Shown: piece by piece, positions 10,466 to 22,656 of the stretch
Layout: each line of letters begins with the position of its first letter
Position numbering within the stretch: position 1 is the stretch's first letter
Notes under the pieces: model-generated
Databases searched by the model: none
What the model was told of the DNA's origin: nothing
What the model saw: only the letters and a program-made list of their open reading frames with translations
Translations under genes and position numbers: made by a program
NCBI GenBank assembly: GCA_965649825.1
Contig: OZ287694.1
Span: 1,177,197-1,241,196 of the forward strand
DNA: 64,000 bases
DNA from: Penicillus capitatus
Taxonomy: Eukaryota > Plantae > Chlorophyta
Direction: 5' to 3'

Positions 10466-12313
10466 CTATCTGGGTGATGCTTCTGGTGTGCTCTCTGCCG
10501 AGGAATCGAAGCTCCTGGTAACGTGCGGCGAACGTTGCAGCGTCGGATGTGACGGACTCTGGGCCGCGTCTGTTGATGATCTTCCAGATCCCGGCAGCTG
10601 CGGAATATAAACTTCGAAAGGGGTAGGCTCCAATGTCATGTCACCGTCCTCCACGTAGATCGTCGCTTTCAAGGAATGATGATCGTGTCCCTCGACAATA
10701 AGAAAATTGCGCTTGGGTAGAACCTTCTGCTCACTTGGGTACTTAATCTTAAAGAAACGCACCATCTTCTCACGCGTGCCGCGATTGACACGGTTCGCAG
10801 CAATATTGAATCTGTGCATCAAATTGATGGCGACATACGGAGGCGGCGCATTGATGATAGCAGAGGTGATGATCTGTGGCATGAAGTTAGCATCCGATGC
10901 CAGATCTGGACATTTGGGATGCGAATAGAAGCGACCCAGTGCAGCACAGTGCACATCACCAGATAGGAATGTCACACGAAGTCTGTTCTTGATGGCCAGT
11001 TGCTGAAAATACTCGACCACTTTTCTACGTTCCTCTCGATGACAATCAGAGGTCCAATGATCCACCAAGTCATCTAACAGCTCCGGTTCATCATACTGAA
11101 ACGATACCAGGGACGAGAGGATGTTCGTTTTCACGAGAACGGCATTGATAGCAGCAAGCTTTGTCATTCTGGACATCAGTTCCAGGATCTTCTCCGAAAT
11201 AGGGACTCTGGGATAGAGTATAGGTACGGTGAAATTGACAATGAGATGTCGTACGGTGTTCGGTATTTGATACGCCCTGTCAAAAACGATTTTCCAGCTG
11301 TTGTCTGTTAAGATGCGTTCCTTTGTGCGTTCCGAACGAATATCCACTCCGAGAAGCGCGACGGATGGCCCCACCATTTTGAGAAACGAAAACGATGGCC
11401 CGCGCTCCGACACGCCGCCAAAGAGATCCGAATTCCCTTCTTCATAGCGCTGCAAAGTGGTGTGCTGCTGAAAAAGGAGATAGAATCGACGCGCCACCAC
11501 AAAGATCCCCAAAAAGACGGGAGCATTGAGGAGATCTTCGGGATAGGATCCCCATCCATCAAAGATATCGTGATCATCCCACAGCATCACACTGGGAATC
11601 GTCGCCACCATTTTTCTCAGGCTCGGTGCCAAGAAATGCTCACAGTAATGCACGAAGTAATAGTCGTTGGCCTCGTCTTCGAGATCCGCTTCAAAACCAA
11701 CCGTATGGCGATCGGCGCGATTGGGAATGCTAAGCCACTGATGTATTCTGGGCTGTCGAAAGACGTCGTCGTTATAGAGCTGATCGCCTCCTCCGAAAGC
11801 GAGATGCAATGCTTGTTCCTCGTGCTTCCGCATCAAGTGGCCGACCAAGGGATGATCATCGTCGATCATGTACTTTGCATCATCGACTTCGTGCGAGAAA
11901 CCGGAACAGGAATAGGCTGTCCAATGCCACTCTTGTGTGGCACCAGGTACCGTAAAGCGCCATTTTTCCAGCGATTCGCCTCCGATTTGCAGTTGATAGG
12001 TGATCTCGCGTTCGTAGTGTGGTAGAGCGAGATCTAGATCGAATCGCCAGAATTGCCACAGTTTGTACTGATCGAGCATATATCCCTCCAGCAAGATCGT
12101 TACGTCTTCCTCATCGATCAGGCGACATTTTGGCGGTGCTCCCTTCATCGCTGCTTCTTGGCAGATATAGAGGACGGACCCTTCCCACTTGGCCTCTCCT
12201 CCGTAAGCAACCGGCGGCGTGTATTGGCCAAATCTCAAAAAGGGACCGTAGGCGATCTGCTGCAGACGGTCGATTGACGCGACGTATGGGGATTTTCCCG
12301 TCGTCGTTGCCAT
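10466..12313 (-). CDS. PhoD-like metallophosphatase (PhoD_2 / fungal-type family), intronless
   Basis: One long ORF with YSCSGFS, GGGDQLYND, WDDHDIFDGWGSY, LDDLVDHW and FLSGDVH metal-binding motifs. Start placed at the first ATG. Confidence 0.8.
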   Translation of the reverse strand: MATTTGKSPYVASIDRLQQIAYGPFLRFGQYTPPVAYGGEAKWEGSVLYICQEAAMKGAPPKCRLIDEEDVTILLEGYMLDQYKLWQFWRFDLDLALPHYEREITYQLQIGGESLEKWRFTVPGATQEWHWTAYSCSGFSHEVDDAKYMIDDDHPLVGHLMRKHEEQALHLAFGGGDQLYNDDVFRQPRIHQWLSIPNRADRHTVGFEADLEDEANDYYFVHYCEHFLAPSLRKMVATIPSVMLWDDHDIFDGWGSYPEDLLNAPVFLGIFVVARRFYLLFQQHTTLQRYEEGNSDLFGGVSERGPSFSFLKMVGPSVALLGVDIRSERTKERILTDNSWKIVFDRAYQIPNTVRHLIVNFTVPILYPRVPISEKILELMSRMTKLAAINAVLVKTNILSSLVSFQYDEPELLDDLVDHWTSDCHREERRKVVEYFQQLAIKNRLRVTFLSGDVHCAALGRFYSHPKCPDLASDANFMPQIITSAIINAPPPYVAINLMHRFNIAANRVNRGTREKMVRFFKIKYPSEQKVLPKRNFLIVEGHDHHSLKATIYVEDGDMTLEPTPFEVYIPQLPGSGRSSTDAAQSPSHPTLQRSPHVTRSFDSSAESTPEASPR

Positions 12314-12492
12314 TTGAGCGAGCACTGAGCGACGCACTGCGCGGGGAATCGACCGATACGATGACGGTATAGGTGACGCGTTGTTTAGGTAACGGAGAAC
12401 GAGGTGCGGCGGGCCTTCTCAACACAATGCGTGATGGGACGTTGACTCAACTGAGGTCGTGGTGACAGCATATACGTCAGATCCACCCACGT

Positions 12493-13602
12493 CTAATCAA
12501 AGAGCGAAAATCCCATGTCCTCGTCTTCCTCTTCCTCCTCCTCTTCTTCGACCTTCTGCGCCTCAGCAGCAGCACCGGACGCATCTCCGCCAGCTGCGGC
12601 AACGGGGGCCGCCACAACGAAAGCTTCGGGATTCTCGAGCATCTCTTTCATCTTGTCTGCCAATGGGAAAGAGTATTCGGTGCCCAAGGCCACCGCCAAG
12701 ACATTCTTGTAGCCATTGAGAACGACATGAGGTAGTGCTGCTTCGGTGGGGAAGCCAATCTGAAGTGACACGGCTGCAACGTTGCCGATACCTGCCATGA
12801 CTGCTTCAGCAATATCGTCTTCTTTGATGTCCAGCACTTTGGGATCAAACAGAGAACCTTTGTCATAGACATGGAGAATTTTTAGTCCGTATTCGAAAGG
12901 CTTGATGCCCAGCTTAGAGAGCAACGTTGCCTCAGAGCCTCCCACTTTCTTACCCTCCTCGATCAGATGCACATCCGCCACGATTTCGATCGTCCCTCGA
13001 TTGATCTTCGTCGCAATGCCGAGAGCCTAAGAGAAAATCGCTTGCATAAAAATGCTGTTGGCAGCAGAAGGAAGACGAAAGCCGAACCTGGAAGAAGGAC
13101 GTCTGCGAGGGATCCATTCCTGTGCCCCCTGCCGGGACGATGACATCTTTCGGCGCAACTGCCCCGACACGAGCAGGGGCACCCACTTTGTACTTTCCAA
13201 TCTCTTCTTGCAGTTCCGACAGCTCGCGCTTGGTAAAAACGAAGCCAACATTGCCGACCATCTTTTGAATAACGACGCCCCATTCTTCGTTTCCTGTCTG
13301 CTCACAGTAGAGACGAATCGAGCGTTTCATCATGGTATTCTTCCCCATCAGCACCACACTGTCGGGATACAGACCCTGTTTCCTTCCCTCTCAGTCAGCT
13401 GTGTCTCTGGCGATCGTTTGTTACTTTGCGAATGTCCATGAACTGCTTGGAACCGACGTTGTCGGCATGAACGATGAAGCACTTGTCAAAGTTCTCCAGC
13501 AGAGAATGGAGCTTTGCATGATACTAAAAAACGTTGGCCCAGATCTCGACACGTGGTCGGTCGATGCTCCTATACCTGCTCTTTCTTGGCCCGACGCGCC
13601 AT
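12493..13602 (-). CDS. RPLP0: 60S acidic ribosomal protein P0 (uL10)
   Basis: [43 protein letters not shown] and an acidic tail ending [14 protein letters not shown]. Three canonical introns. Confidence 0.97.
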
Positions 13603-13758
13603 CTATGGCTTCTTCTGCGATTTTAAGCCGTGAGCAATGGGTCAATGCGATGCAGGAGGCGAATGCAATCGACGTTCAGAAGGCGAATACTCTTTCCGCC
13701 GCCTGCAGTGTTGAAATGATGGTAATGGACTGGGAATGGAAAGAATTGGTTGCGCTCA

Positions 13759-16350
13759 ATGTCCACGAGTGTCTCGTGTCGCGAAGTGAAACCACATCTG
13801 CAATCCCTTCTAGCCAAGCAGGAACGCACGAGAGAATCCCTGAAATCTGTTCTCCAGTCTCTGTGCACAGAATTGGACCCGGTGGCAGTCTTGGTTTCAT
13901 CAACCAGCAATTCTAAGAGCAGGTGTGGTGGCGAAGGGAATGAATCTGAGGGACGGAGTGGAGAATGGATTGCCAGACCTCTGCTCTCTGCCAAAAAAGC
14001 TGACCGTTATTATCACTGCCAAAGACTACAGTTCTGACGACTCTGAGAGATCATTCATGAAAGCAGCTGTTCTGCTGTGTGGCGTGTAGTCCGAACGATC
14101 AAGGAACTCCATCTGGCGCTGAAGGATGTGGAGCAAGCCACCCGGGAGACGCAGGAAACAGTGGAAAATGTAAATCCCGTTCTTGATGCGAGGGTTGTGC
14201 GCATGAGGGAGATGGGGATGTCTTAGAATGATGATGCCAAGTTTGGCAGAGCACTGGAAGTGGCTTGCAATGCACTGGCATCGTGCTCTTCTCTCGAATC
14301 GAAGATCCGACCGGTGCCAATGGAACTGCAGGACACACGGGTCGAGATATTTGCCGATGATTTGTTGAAGAGACTGCAAGTGATGATCATTTTGTCGATG
14401 TTTCTGTATGATTCTGTGCGTCCAGCAATGCCGAGATGCATTGGAGCAGTCCTGTGACAGAGTCGCCCAAGAGAACCTCAACATCTGTGGCTGGCCGCCA
14501 TCCTTTGCCTCGCCATCAGACAATCCACCAACACCCAATTTCTGGGTCGTGCTCGTATCCGAGAGGCACGATGCGTTCTCCAAACTCGAATCGTCTTTGA
14601 TTAAACTCACGATGCTGCAGCAAGCGATGGATGGCAGAACGCTGAACGGCCACGTAAGCCGATCTATGCACACGTATGTTTGTGCAGCCGAGCCTGTCTG
14701 CGTTCAGGTGCTTTGGTTTGTTCAGCGGATCGTGACGCCTCTCGAAGACCGACTGAAGGTGCATTTCGCATCGGATCGTGAGACAGCCGACCTGTCAAAG
14801 CCGGAATGGCTGTTTCAAACGGCCACGAAGATCGTACAGCGCCATTCTCTGGGCATGCCATACTTTCAGGTCTGAACACCCCTTTCTCTTAGCTCCTGCC
14901 GAGTGGCGTAGGGAGTTCTATCGGCATGTGGGTTGGACGGGCTCTTCGATCTCGAGATCGAATTCATGCGATGCGTGCAGATCAGTGTGCAGTCCGTTCT
15001 GGCCCAGTTTCATTTGCCCAAGCTTTTCTCTCTGGGTTCCGGTGCGTTATGGCTCTCCTGGGCCGAGAGCGCCAAGAGATTCGATAAGGAAATCATGGAC
15101 ATGATTGGCATCAGCGAGGACGCCGGGGATCTCTGGGAACAGTACTTAGAAACAGGAACCATTTGCGTCTTCTTCAAAGAGAAGGACTGGCTCGTCTCCT
15201 GGTGCAACAGCGAAGTGGAAGATGTCATTCAGCAGATGGATGAGATACTGTTGCGTCCTAACGCATGGGATACCAATACTGTACATGGATCCACGGCCTT
15301 TCGTGAAGAAACGTGGCCACCAGTCTTTGCAGAAGGCGTCTGGGGTGTGCTAATCGCTATCGTACGGAAGTGTGAAGCATTGCCTCGCGACGCCATCGAG
15401 CCGTGGCTGAAGAGAGTCGGCAAGGCGTTTCTCGTGGACTTTGGACGGCGTCTCTCTGCCAATGCTAAACAGACGGAGGCTTTCAAAGAACTCCTACAAC
15501 CTCACCGTGCTGAAAAGGTCGTCGCCAATCACCTCTCTCTTCTCATTGAGAGATCGTCCAGGTGAGCGCTGTTGTGTGTGCAGCGAGTTACTTCATCCAC
15601 AGCTTGAGTGAATGGGATGCATTCGAGCTGCAGTCCAAGTTATCTGCTGAGCATATTCGTACACTCTTCAGCAAAGAGATCAGCAGTTTCACGTCGTTTC
15701 GCAAAGAATGGTGTATGAAGATCGCAAAAGAGATCGCTCGGCAGTTTAACAAGGATCTCCATGAATACAAGTCTTGTTCTCTGTGTCGAGGTTTTCTCCA
15801 TGGTTGTCTTTCTGAAGGAGCTCGACATCTGCCTTTGCACAGCAGACAGAGACCTCTGAGGTTCAGAATGCGAGTCCAACGTTCGTTCCTGCCGTTGTGC
15901 GGCTCAAGGAAGTGCTGGAGATGTTCTCCACGATGCTCGATGCCATTGCGTTTCGTGAAGTGTGGAGGGCAGTGACCTATGGTCTAGTCCGGTAGTCTTT
16001 TGCCCTTCCTTCCCCGTTCTGAAGATTCGTTCGTGCACAGGATTGTGTTCAATGATGTGATCACCGAGGCAACGTTCTCTTTGGGCGGTGCGCATCAGCT
16101 GCACTATGATCTCTACGCGTTGATGGATGCTTTCTCTCCCTACACTCAACGACCGCATGCGTATTTCAGGGAACTCCACGAGGCATGCGTGCTGTTAACG
16201 TGCCCCGGCGAGACGGCAGCATATCTCAAAGACGGATTGCAGACGGATCCGGACAATGCTGCATTTGTCGAGTATCTGCGCGCGTGTGGCATTCATGTTC
16301 TGCAATGCGAGCAGATCAGTTGTATCCTCGACGAACGCCTTAACTACTGA
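13759..16350 (+). CDS. RINT1/TIP20 (MAG2-like) vesicle tethering protein, multi-exon
   Basis: RLKVHF...DLSKPEWLF, FSLGGAHQLHYDL and YFRELHEACVLL resemble the RINT1_TIP1 family. The N-terminus is coiled-coil-like and the start is approximate. Confidence 0.8.
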
Positions 16351-16533
16351 CCAGAGTGGCACATGTAAAGATGCATAACCCGCGGCTTGTTGACGGTTTT
16401 GACTTCAAGCCTTGTGCATCTCAATTCTGGACGTGTTTCTCGATTTTGACACGTCCACGAGGTCTTATAACCGATTTTTCGCACGTCTTTTAACAAGGCA
16501 CACGAACGACGGCATTACAGCGCGAAGACTAGA

Positions 16534-19500
16534 ATGAAGTGGGGTGTGAAGAAATACTGCCCGCTGTTTAGCTGCTGTTCTGCGGATGACGCCGTGCGGC
16601 CTGTCGTTCAGCGCGTCAATCGAAGCATTGGTGCAACAAAACGTCCCCCAAAACAAAAGCAAGGACTTCTAGATCTTCTAAGCTCTTATCAGTTAGCCAA
16701 AAACGATCCTCATGCCGAGATGGGGTAAGCATCGTCAGACAGCCAACAAGGGATTGTTATGGACGTCAACTGTGCGGCGCAGGGAGTGGGCAATGCCGTG
16801 GGCTGCAAGCGGAACTCTGTTACATCTAGCAAGAATTGCATTCCGGCTTGGGACACGAGTAGAGACTTCAAGCATGGAACTTGTCTGCCTAAATGCGGCC
16901 CTCATCGTAGCCTACCTCCCAGAAGACACTCCGTATCTTCGAGACTTTCTCGACTGCACGATGCAGTTACTCGTTCGACCGGCGAAACGGAGCCCTCTTG
17001 GCGTGTACCGGCTGCTATTGGTCTTGCTCAGATTTGAGTCACTGCGGAGGGAAGCGAGTGCTTCGGGTTTTGTCGAAAAGCTCCACGACCACTACCACAG
17101 AATTGTTTTTCTTTCGCCTTCGTCAGAACAATCTGTAGAAAACGAAGAGAGCAGCGTTGAGGATAGCGATAACGACGAATCGTCTTTGGAGGAAGAGATC
17201 ATCGATGATCTGTTCGAGGATGAGCCAAGTCTATACCAGCCTCCAGCTATACCTGCCTTCAATCGGCCTGCTTTAGGCGGTGGTGATGGTATTGTTGTTT
17301 CCGATTCCCAGCCCGTTGGTGTCGTCCCACGGCTGAACTTCGCATGGCTCAAAACTGTGCCTGCTCATGACAGCGCTACGCGGCGCAATGACCGTTCGCT
17401 TTCGATCGAGAAGTCTGTCCTCCTCTGTGCCCGTCGGCATTCATTGACACGCCCTCGTTTCTGCCTGTTTCAGATCTGTAAGGACGGAAGTCGTAACGAC
17501 CATCAGTGATCGGAGCTCCCCGGGAACATCGGAGAGATTCAGAAAGGCCAAATCATGTACAGAACAGAGCACACCGATCGAGGGTCGCTCGTTGCAGAGA
17601 ATAAAGAATCTCTTTCGGCCACGGAGAGGAGACGGTGATGATGCCATGAATGGAGTGGGACATGTTCTCCACTGTTTGGGTCTCTCAGAAACGATTTCGC
17701 TTCTTGGGAACTTGAACGATACGTACTTCACCCAAAAATATGACGATGTGCCTTACCCGGTACAGGAATGGCGACTCACGCCGTTTCTCAAAGAAAAGAA
17801 CCGACCGCAAGATCGAGAGGAATTGGCCATGTTGGAAGTGTTCCTCAACGTTGCCTCAGAAAATCAGCACCCACCCGCCGCGTCAATAAGACTGGAGATC
17901 ATGAAGAGCGTCGTTTCTGATATCCTGAAGCATATCCATACGGACACTGTCAACCACAAGTACCTCTCTCGAGTCTACAATGCTGAACGTGCAGATGAGA
18001 ATTGTTGTTGTTGTTGAGCAGCGTCTTGGAGCATTGTATCGCTGTTTATGTCGAGTATTCGGTGCCTTTGCTTGTAGAAGAGTCCAAACAAGATGCACCT
18101 TGCGCAAGGCTTGTATCGGACACGAATACCCAGGAAGCAGATGACACGTTGCTAGAAATGCTCGTTAAAGAAATCCATAAAATCGCCAGCCTGCGTCGGC
18201 CAGGTGCGTGTCTCTTTCAGTCTATCTCTGTGATCGATGGGCTTTGCAGGCGAGGGCGTTTTTCATAAGCTGAATCTGTTGCTTATGGTTACGGCAGAAT
18301 ACCTTAGAAAAAGCCCCGTGCCCACAGAAATAGCGAATAACTTGGTCTTCACTCTGAATTCCGCCCAAAAAACCTACATAAAGAGTGCTGGTCACGTTCT
18401 CCAATGGACTGAAACGCATGTTCAAGCATTTCGTTGTCTTTTATCATTTTATGAATCGATCTTCAAGAAGTGCATGTCAGTAAAGGACAGGATTTTGTTC
18501 GAGAAGCTGGTGATACAGACGATGGATGAGACTTGGAAAGGACTCGTTAGAGGTTTCTGCGATGCCATACTCTTTAGACAACCATTCCCATGGCTCAATC
18601 CAACAGAACGCGATCAAATCATCGCAGAAATCTTACTGTACTTTACGAGCTTGATGAAAGGATTCGCATGTTTTAATAACACCCAACAAAGTATGCAAGG
18701 TACGTCTCTATCTGTCAACCTCTCTATGATATCTGCATCCCACTGTTCGTTATCCCTAGGTGGGTACCTAGATGACTTTGATTTCCTATTGGTACCCAAA
18801 TTCGGTCTGGCAACTGTTATTCTTGACGCATCCGATGTCGCCACACTTGTTCAAGAACAGGTAAGCGCAAAGACCGTCCGTCTCACCGTCTGTGAGTGGG
18901 TCGGGAATGTCTCAAAGGTTTTGAGGTTCATAATGACCAGCTGTTCGCTGACAAGGACGACCTTCATTGCTGACACCGTCATGATTGAATCTTATTTAAA
19001 GCTGATCATCACACGACTTCTGGAACTCTGGCAGAAGACATCCATTGGCGAAACAGAAAACGCGTCCCTTATGACTCTCTATCTCCAAGTTCGCCTTCCT
19101 TCTGCACACAGCCACGACACGTCTGACGCTTTCTAGGCAATAACTGCTGTAATGAGGTGTTGCTCATGTTCCGGTCTGACTCTTGTCTTGAGTTCGGGGA
19201 TCGTGGGACTTCTTGTGAATGAAATCAATATGACGTCACTAGACGAGACTTCTCCTGGTGTCCGAGTTCATCCCTGCTACACTGTTTCCTCGAGGCCGTC
19301 CAGTTCAGGAGACTCGCACAGACAATCGGATGCAGCACCAAGAACAGAACCTGTGGAAGTATTTCAAATGTGCCATTCCCTTTCAGACGTCGAGGGAGAG
19401 GAATCGCTCGTGCCAACGTTCAACTCCGATCTACCATTTCAAACGCAGGGAGAGGTCTTTGAGGAGCGTCCGTACGTCTCCTCTTCGTCTTCGGGAACCA

Positions 19501-22158
19501 TCGTCTTCAATGCGCCACATGTCGATCTTGATGACGACACATTTGGGAACGATCAGCGTCTCTTTTTCGGAGAGAAAACCGTTGATCAAGTTGAGAAGTG
19601 AGATTTCGATCGACATCCGTATGGACGACGGGATCTGATACCTAACCTGCTGCTGTAGTGAGTTGTTCGGAGATCATTCCATTCAAGCGTCGGTAGAAAG
19701 CGAAGAATACACAGAAGACTCAGAAGACGACGACGACGAATGGCCCAGCGAGTTGTCTGTTCACGGCGACATTGAAGAGGATGGCCGGAGATGGGAGAGG
19801 TATCAAACGCAGAAGAAGTTTCAGAATGGGCATATCTCGTTTGAAGAGATGCAAAACAGACTCGCGGCACTCTCCACGACATCTGCCACCGAAGACGACG
19901 ATCCCGAGCCTCTAGCACCCATTCCCTCCTGTACCGTGCCCGTATTGGATTTTGATCGACTTAAGAGCGGACACTCCGAAGGCGCTTCTGCTTTGATTTC
20001 GGAGGCAGCTCCTTCGCACGGTGGCGAATCTCCCTCGGTCGTGCACCCTGCGAATCATTTACTGGAGTCCGGGAAACAACAGATAGAGAGCGCTGTGTCT
20101 CCTCTCGAACTTAGCCCAGTTCATCAGCGTAATGGCTCCATGCTTAGCTGCGGCGCATCTGCAGAACCGACGGGTCGACTGGTTCATGAAGACGACGCCC
20201 ATCTGGCTGCTGTAGAATTCTTGATTGAGTTGCTTCTGCTTCTGGATCGATATGACGATCAGTCAACGGTTCGCAGTAGCGATTTGGTTGCTTCGATTTC
20301 TTCCGGATTGTATCACGATCTCAATGGATCCCACTTTTTGCCACTCAAACCTGAGCTGCTCAGACGCATTCAGGACAGAGGTGCAGATGCCCTTCGTATG
20401 CTACGGTATGTATCGATCTCCCATCCTCTGTCTGACGTCTCTTTCCCCTTAGACTATTTCTGGAGGATTTGTTTGAAGTGGAACAGTACGAGACACTCGA
20501 CAGAATCCACAAAGGAGAAATGGCACACGTCAAGAGATGCGCGCTGAAGAGATCGGGTACGTGCGGTTCACTGCGGATCCCTGCCCGGGAGATGGACAGT
20601 GTTGTGGATGACGTAGGGAAGGATCTTCCGGAGACATGTGTCGTCAAAGTGATCAACCTTCCGCGCGAAATTCTTCGATCGGATGCCTCTATTCTCAGTA
20701 TCTATTCTGAGATCTCCTTGATGGAACGTTTATCCCATGAGTCAGGCTTCTGTCAGATCTATGATTATGGCGTTCGGTCCGACAGCGCATACATCGTCAT
20801 GCAGGACTGCAGATGTTCACTTCGAGACTGGGTCGAAAGATTTCCCGTATCCAGTTCTTGGGCCATTCGCTTGATCCTGAAGATTTTTGTCCGAATCGCT
20901 AAGAGTGTCCATCGTTTACATCAGAAAGTCATCGTGCATTTTGACTTGAAGTGCTCAAACATTCTCTTGAAAGGAGGTCCATCGAACGAAGGATTCTGGT
21001 TTCCCAACAATGAGAATCCGGACTTTGATATTCTCCTTGCCGATTTCGGCGTAGCTCGCTGCTACGAAGGACAGGATCAACTCGGAACAGTCCGCAACAG
21101 GTGTGCCATAATAACGTCATTCCTCGTGTTCCGTAACCTCTCGTGTTTGCTGTTAGGGGAACAGAGTACTCAAAAGCGCCCGAGATGTTATTGCTTACGA
21201 ACATGCCGCAGAAGAGTGTTCGTAACTACGATCGTCGTCGGGTGAAAGGGGTGGGTACGTCGAGCGATGTGTGGGCTTTGGGATGTCTGCTCTTCGAGCT
21301 GTTGACTGGAGAAATGCTGCACTTCGACAGAGATTGGGCACGATTCTATACACGCGTGACCCAAGAGGTCTTGCCTCTATTCGACGACGACAAAGTCAAG
21401 TGCGCCTTGGCTCTTTCTCATGGCCTCTTCGTATGCGCTGTGTGTACACCAGGCTATTGCACTTGAGCTATCGATCTGCGATTTTGGAGTTGTTGCGATT
21501 CATACTTGTCCGTGATCCTCAGCGGCGTCCGACCGTCGCCGCGATTATTGACAGGGTTGAGCAACTGCTGGACAGCAACGTCCTTCCAAGGTACAGGCCT
21601 CCCTTTACGACGCATCGCCTTTTACAAATACCATCTATGTCGATGCCACGCGCTTTCGAAAGAGTACCGCATACGGAGTGGTTATGTCGGCTTCTTTCGG
21701 GCGACCTGCATTTTACACTTTACTTGACAAAACTGCGACTCTCAGTGACCATCCTCGATGGAAACTTACATTCACCACAGTTTCTTCAGTTTATGGAGTT
21801 TATGAATGCTTCACTGCTTTCTGGAATCCTGTACATAGAAAATACGCCCCCAAACCAGAAGAGCAACTTTGCCAGGGGCTTTGTTTCAAGAATCAAGGGA
21901 TTCTGTTCTCGTCGGCAAACAGAGATCCTTTTCGTTCCGTTGATTTTTTCAGGAAGACGCGCTATCCTGCATGAAATCAAGTGTACCGTGAATCGGTGGT
22001 GCCGATACAAGAGCCCGGAATGGACGTTGAGCTTGACAACGGCACGACATTCTGCGTTGCCGTTTCTAGATGTCTTGTTGGATATCATCATGACGATAGA
22101 AGACTGTCCCTGCTTAAAGGCCATTTCAATTCTTAAGGCGCGCGTTAAGGGTGGTTGA
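16534..22158 (+). CDS. Large multi-exon Ser/Thr protein kinase with long helical/acidic N-terminus
   Basis: Kinase domain at ~20470-21560 (VVKVI, SEISLMERL, HFDLKCSNILL, ADFG, GTEYSKAPEML, DVWALGCLLFELLTG, RRPT). The upstream plus-strand ORFs chain together via short introns. A split into two genes cannot be excluded. Confidence 0.7.
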
Positions 22159-22656
22159 TGACTGAACAACAACAACGACAACTGGTCATTTCATTGCATG
22201 CCTATCGGAAAGCTAGCGGGTCTGTTAGACACTTTCTTTGAAGTCTGTTGTTTTCTTTGATTTTTGTAAAGCCCTCAAATCCTGTCCCTGTACGAAACTG
22301 GCGCTGAAAATCTCTCCTCTCTCCCCCACCTCCTCTTCTCGAACTTTGCTTATGCATTCATGAGCTAGGTAAACTTAGGATCATACTCAACAAAGACAAC
22401 GCGCATTATGTGTCGCTCTTTTTTCGTTCGATTCAGTAACACCAGGGGGTTAATGTGTGTGCCGCTATCAATGGTTTTTGGTCTCTTTAGTTTAGGCAGG
22501 TGCCGATGGGCCCATCTGATATTAGCATTCTGTGCAAACGTTCGTCTAAAACCAAGCTACCCAGTGCTGGATCAAAGGGTAACGGTACACGAAGGGGGGT
22601 ATATTTCTGCGTTTCTCTATTCCATGCTTTGCGTTGTTGACAACGATGTTGGGGGA

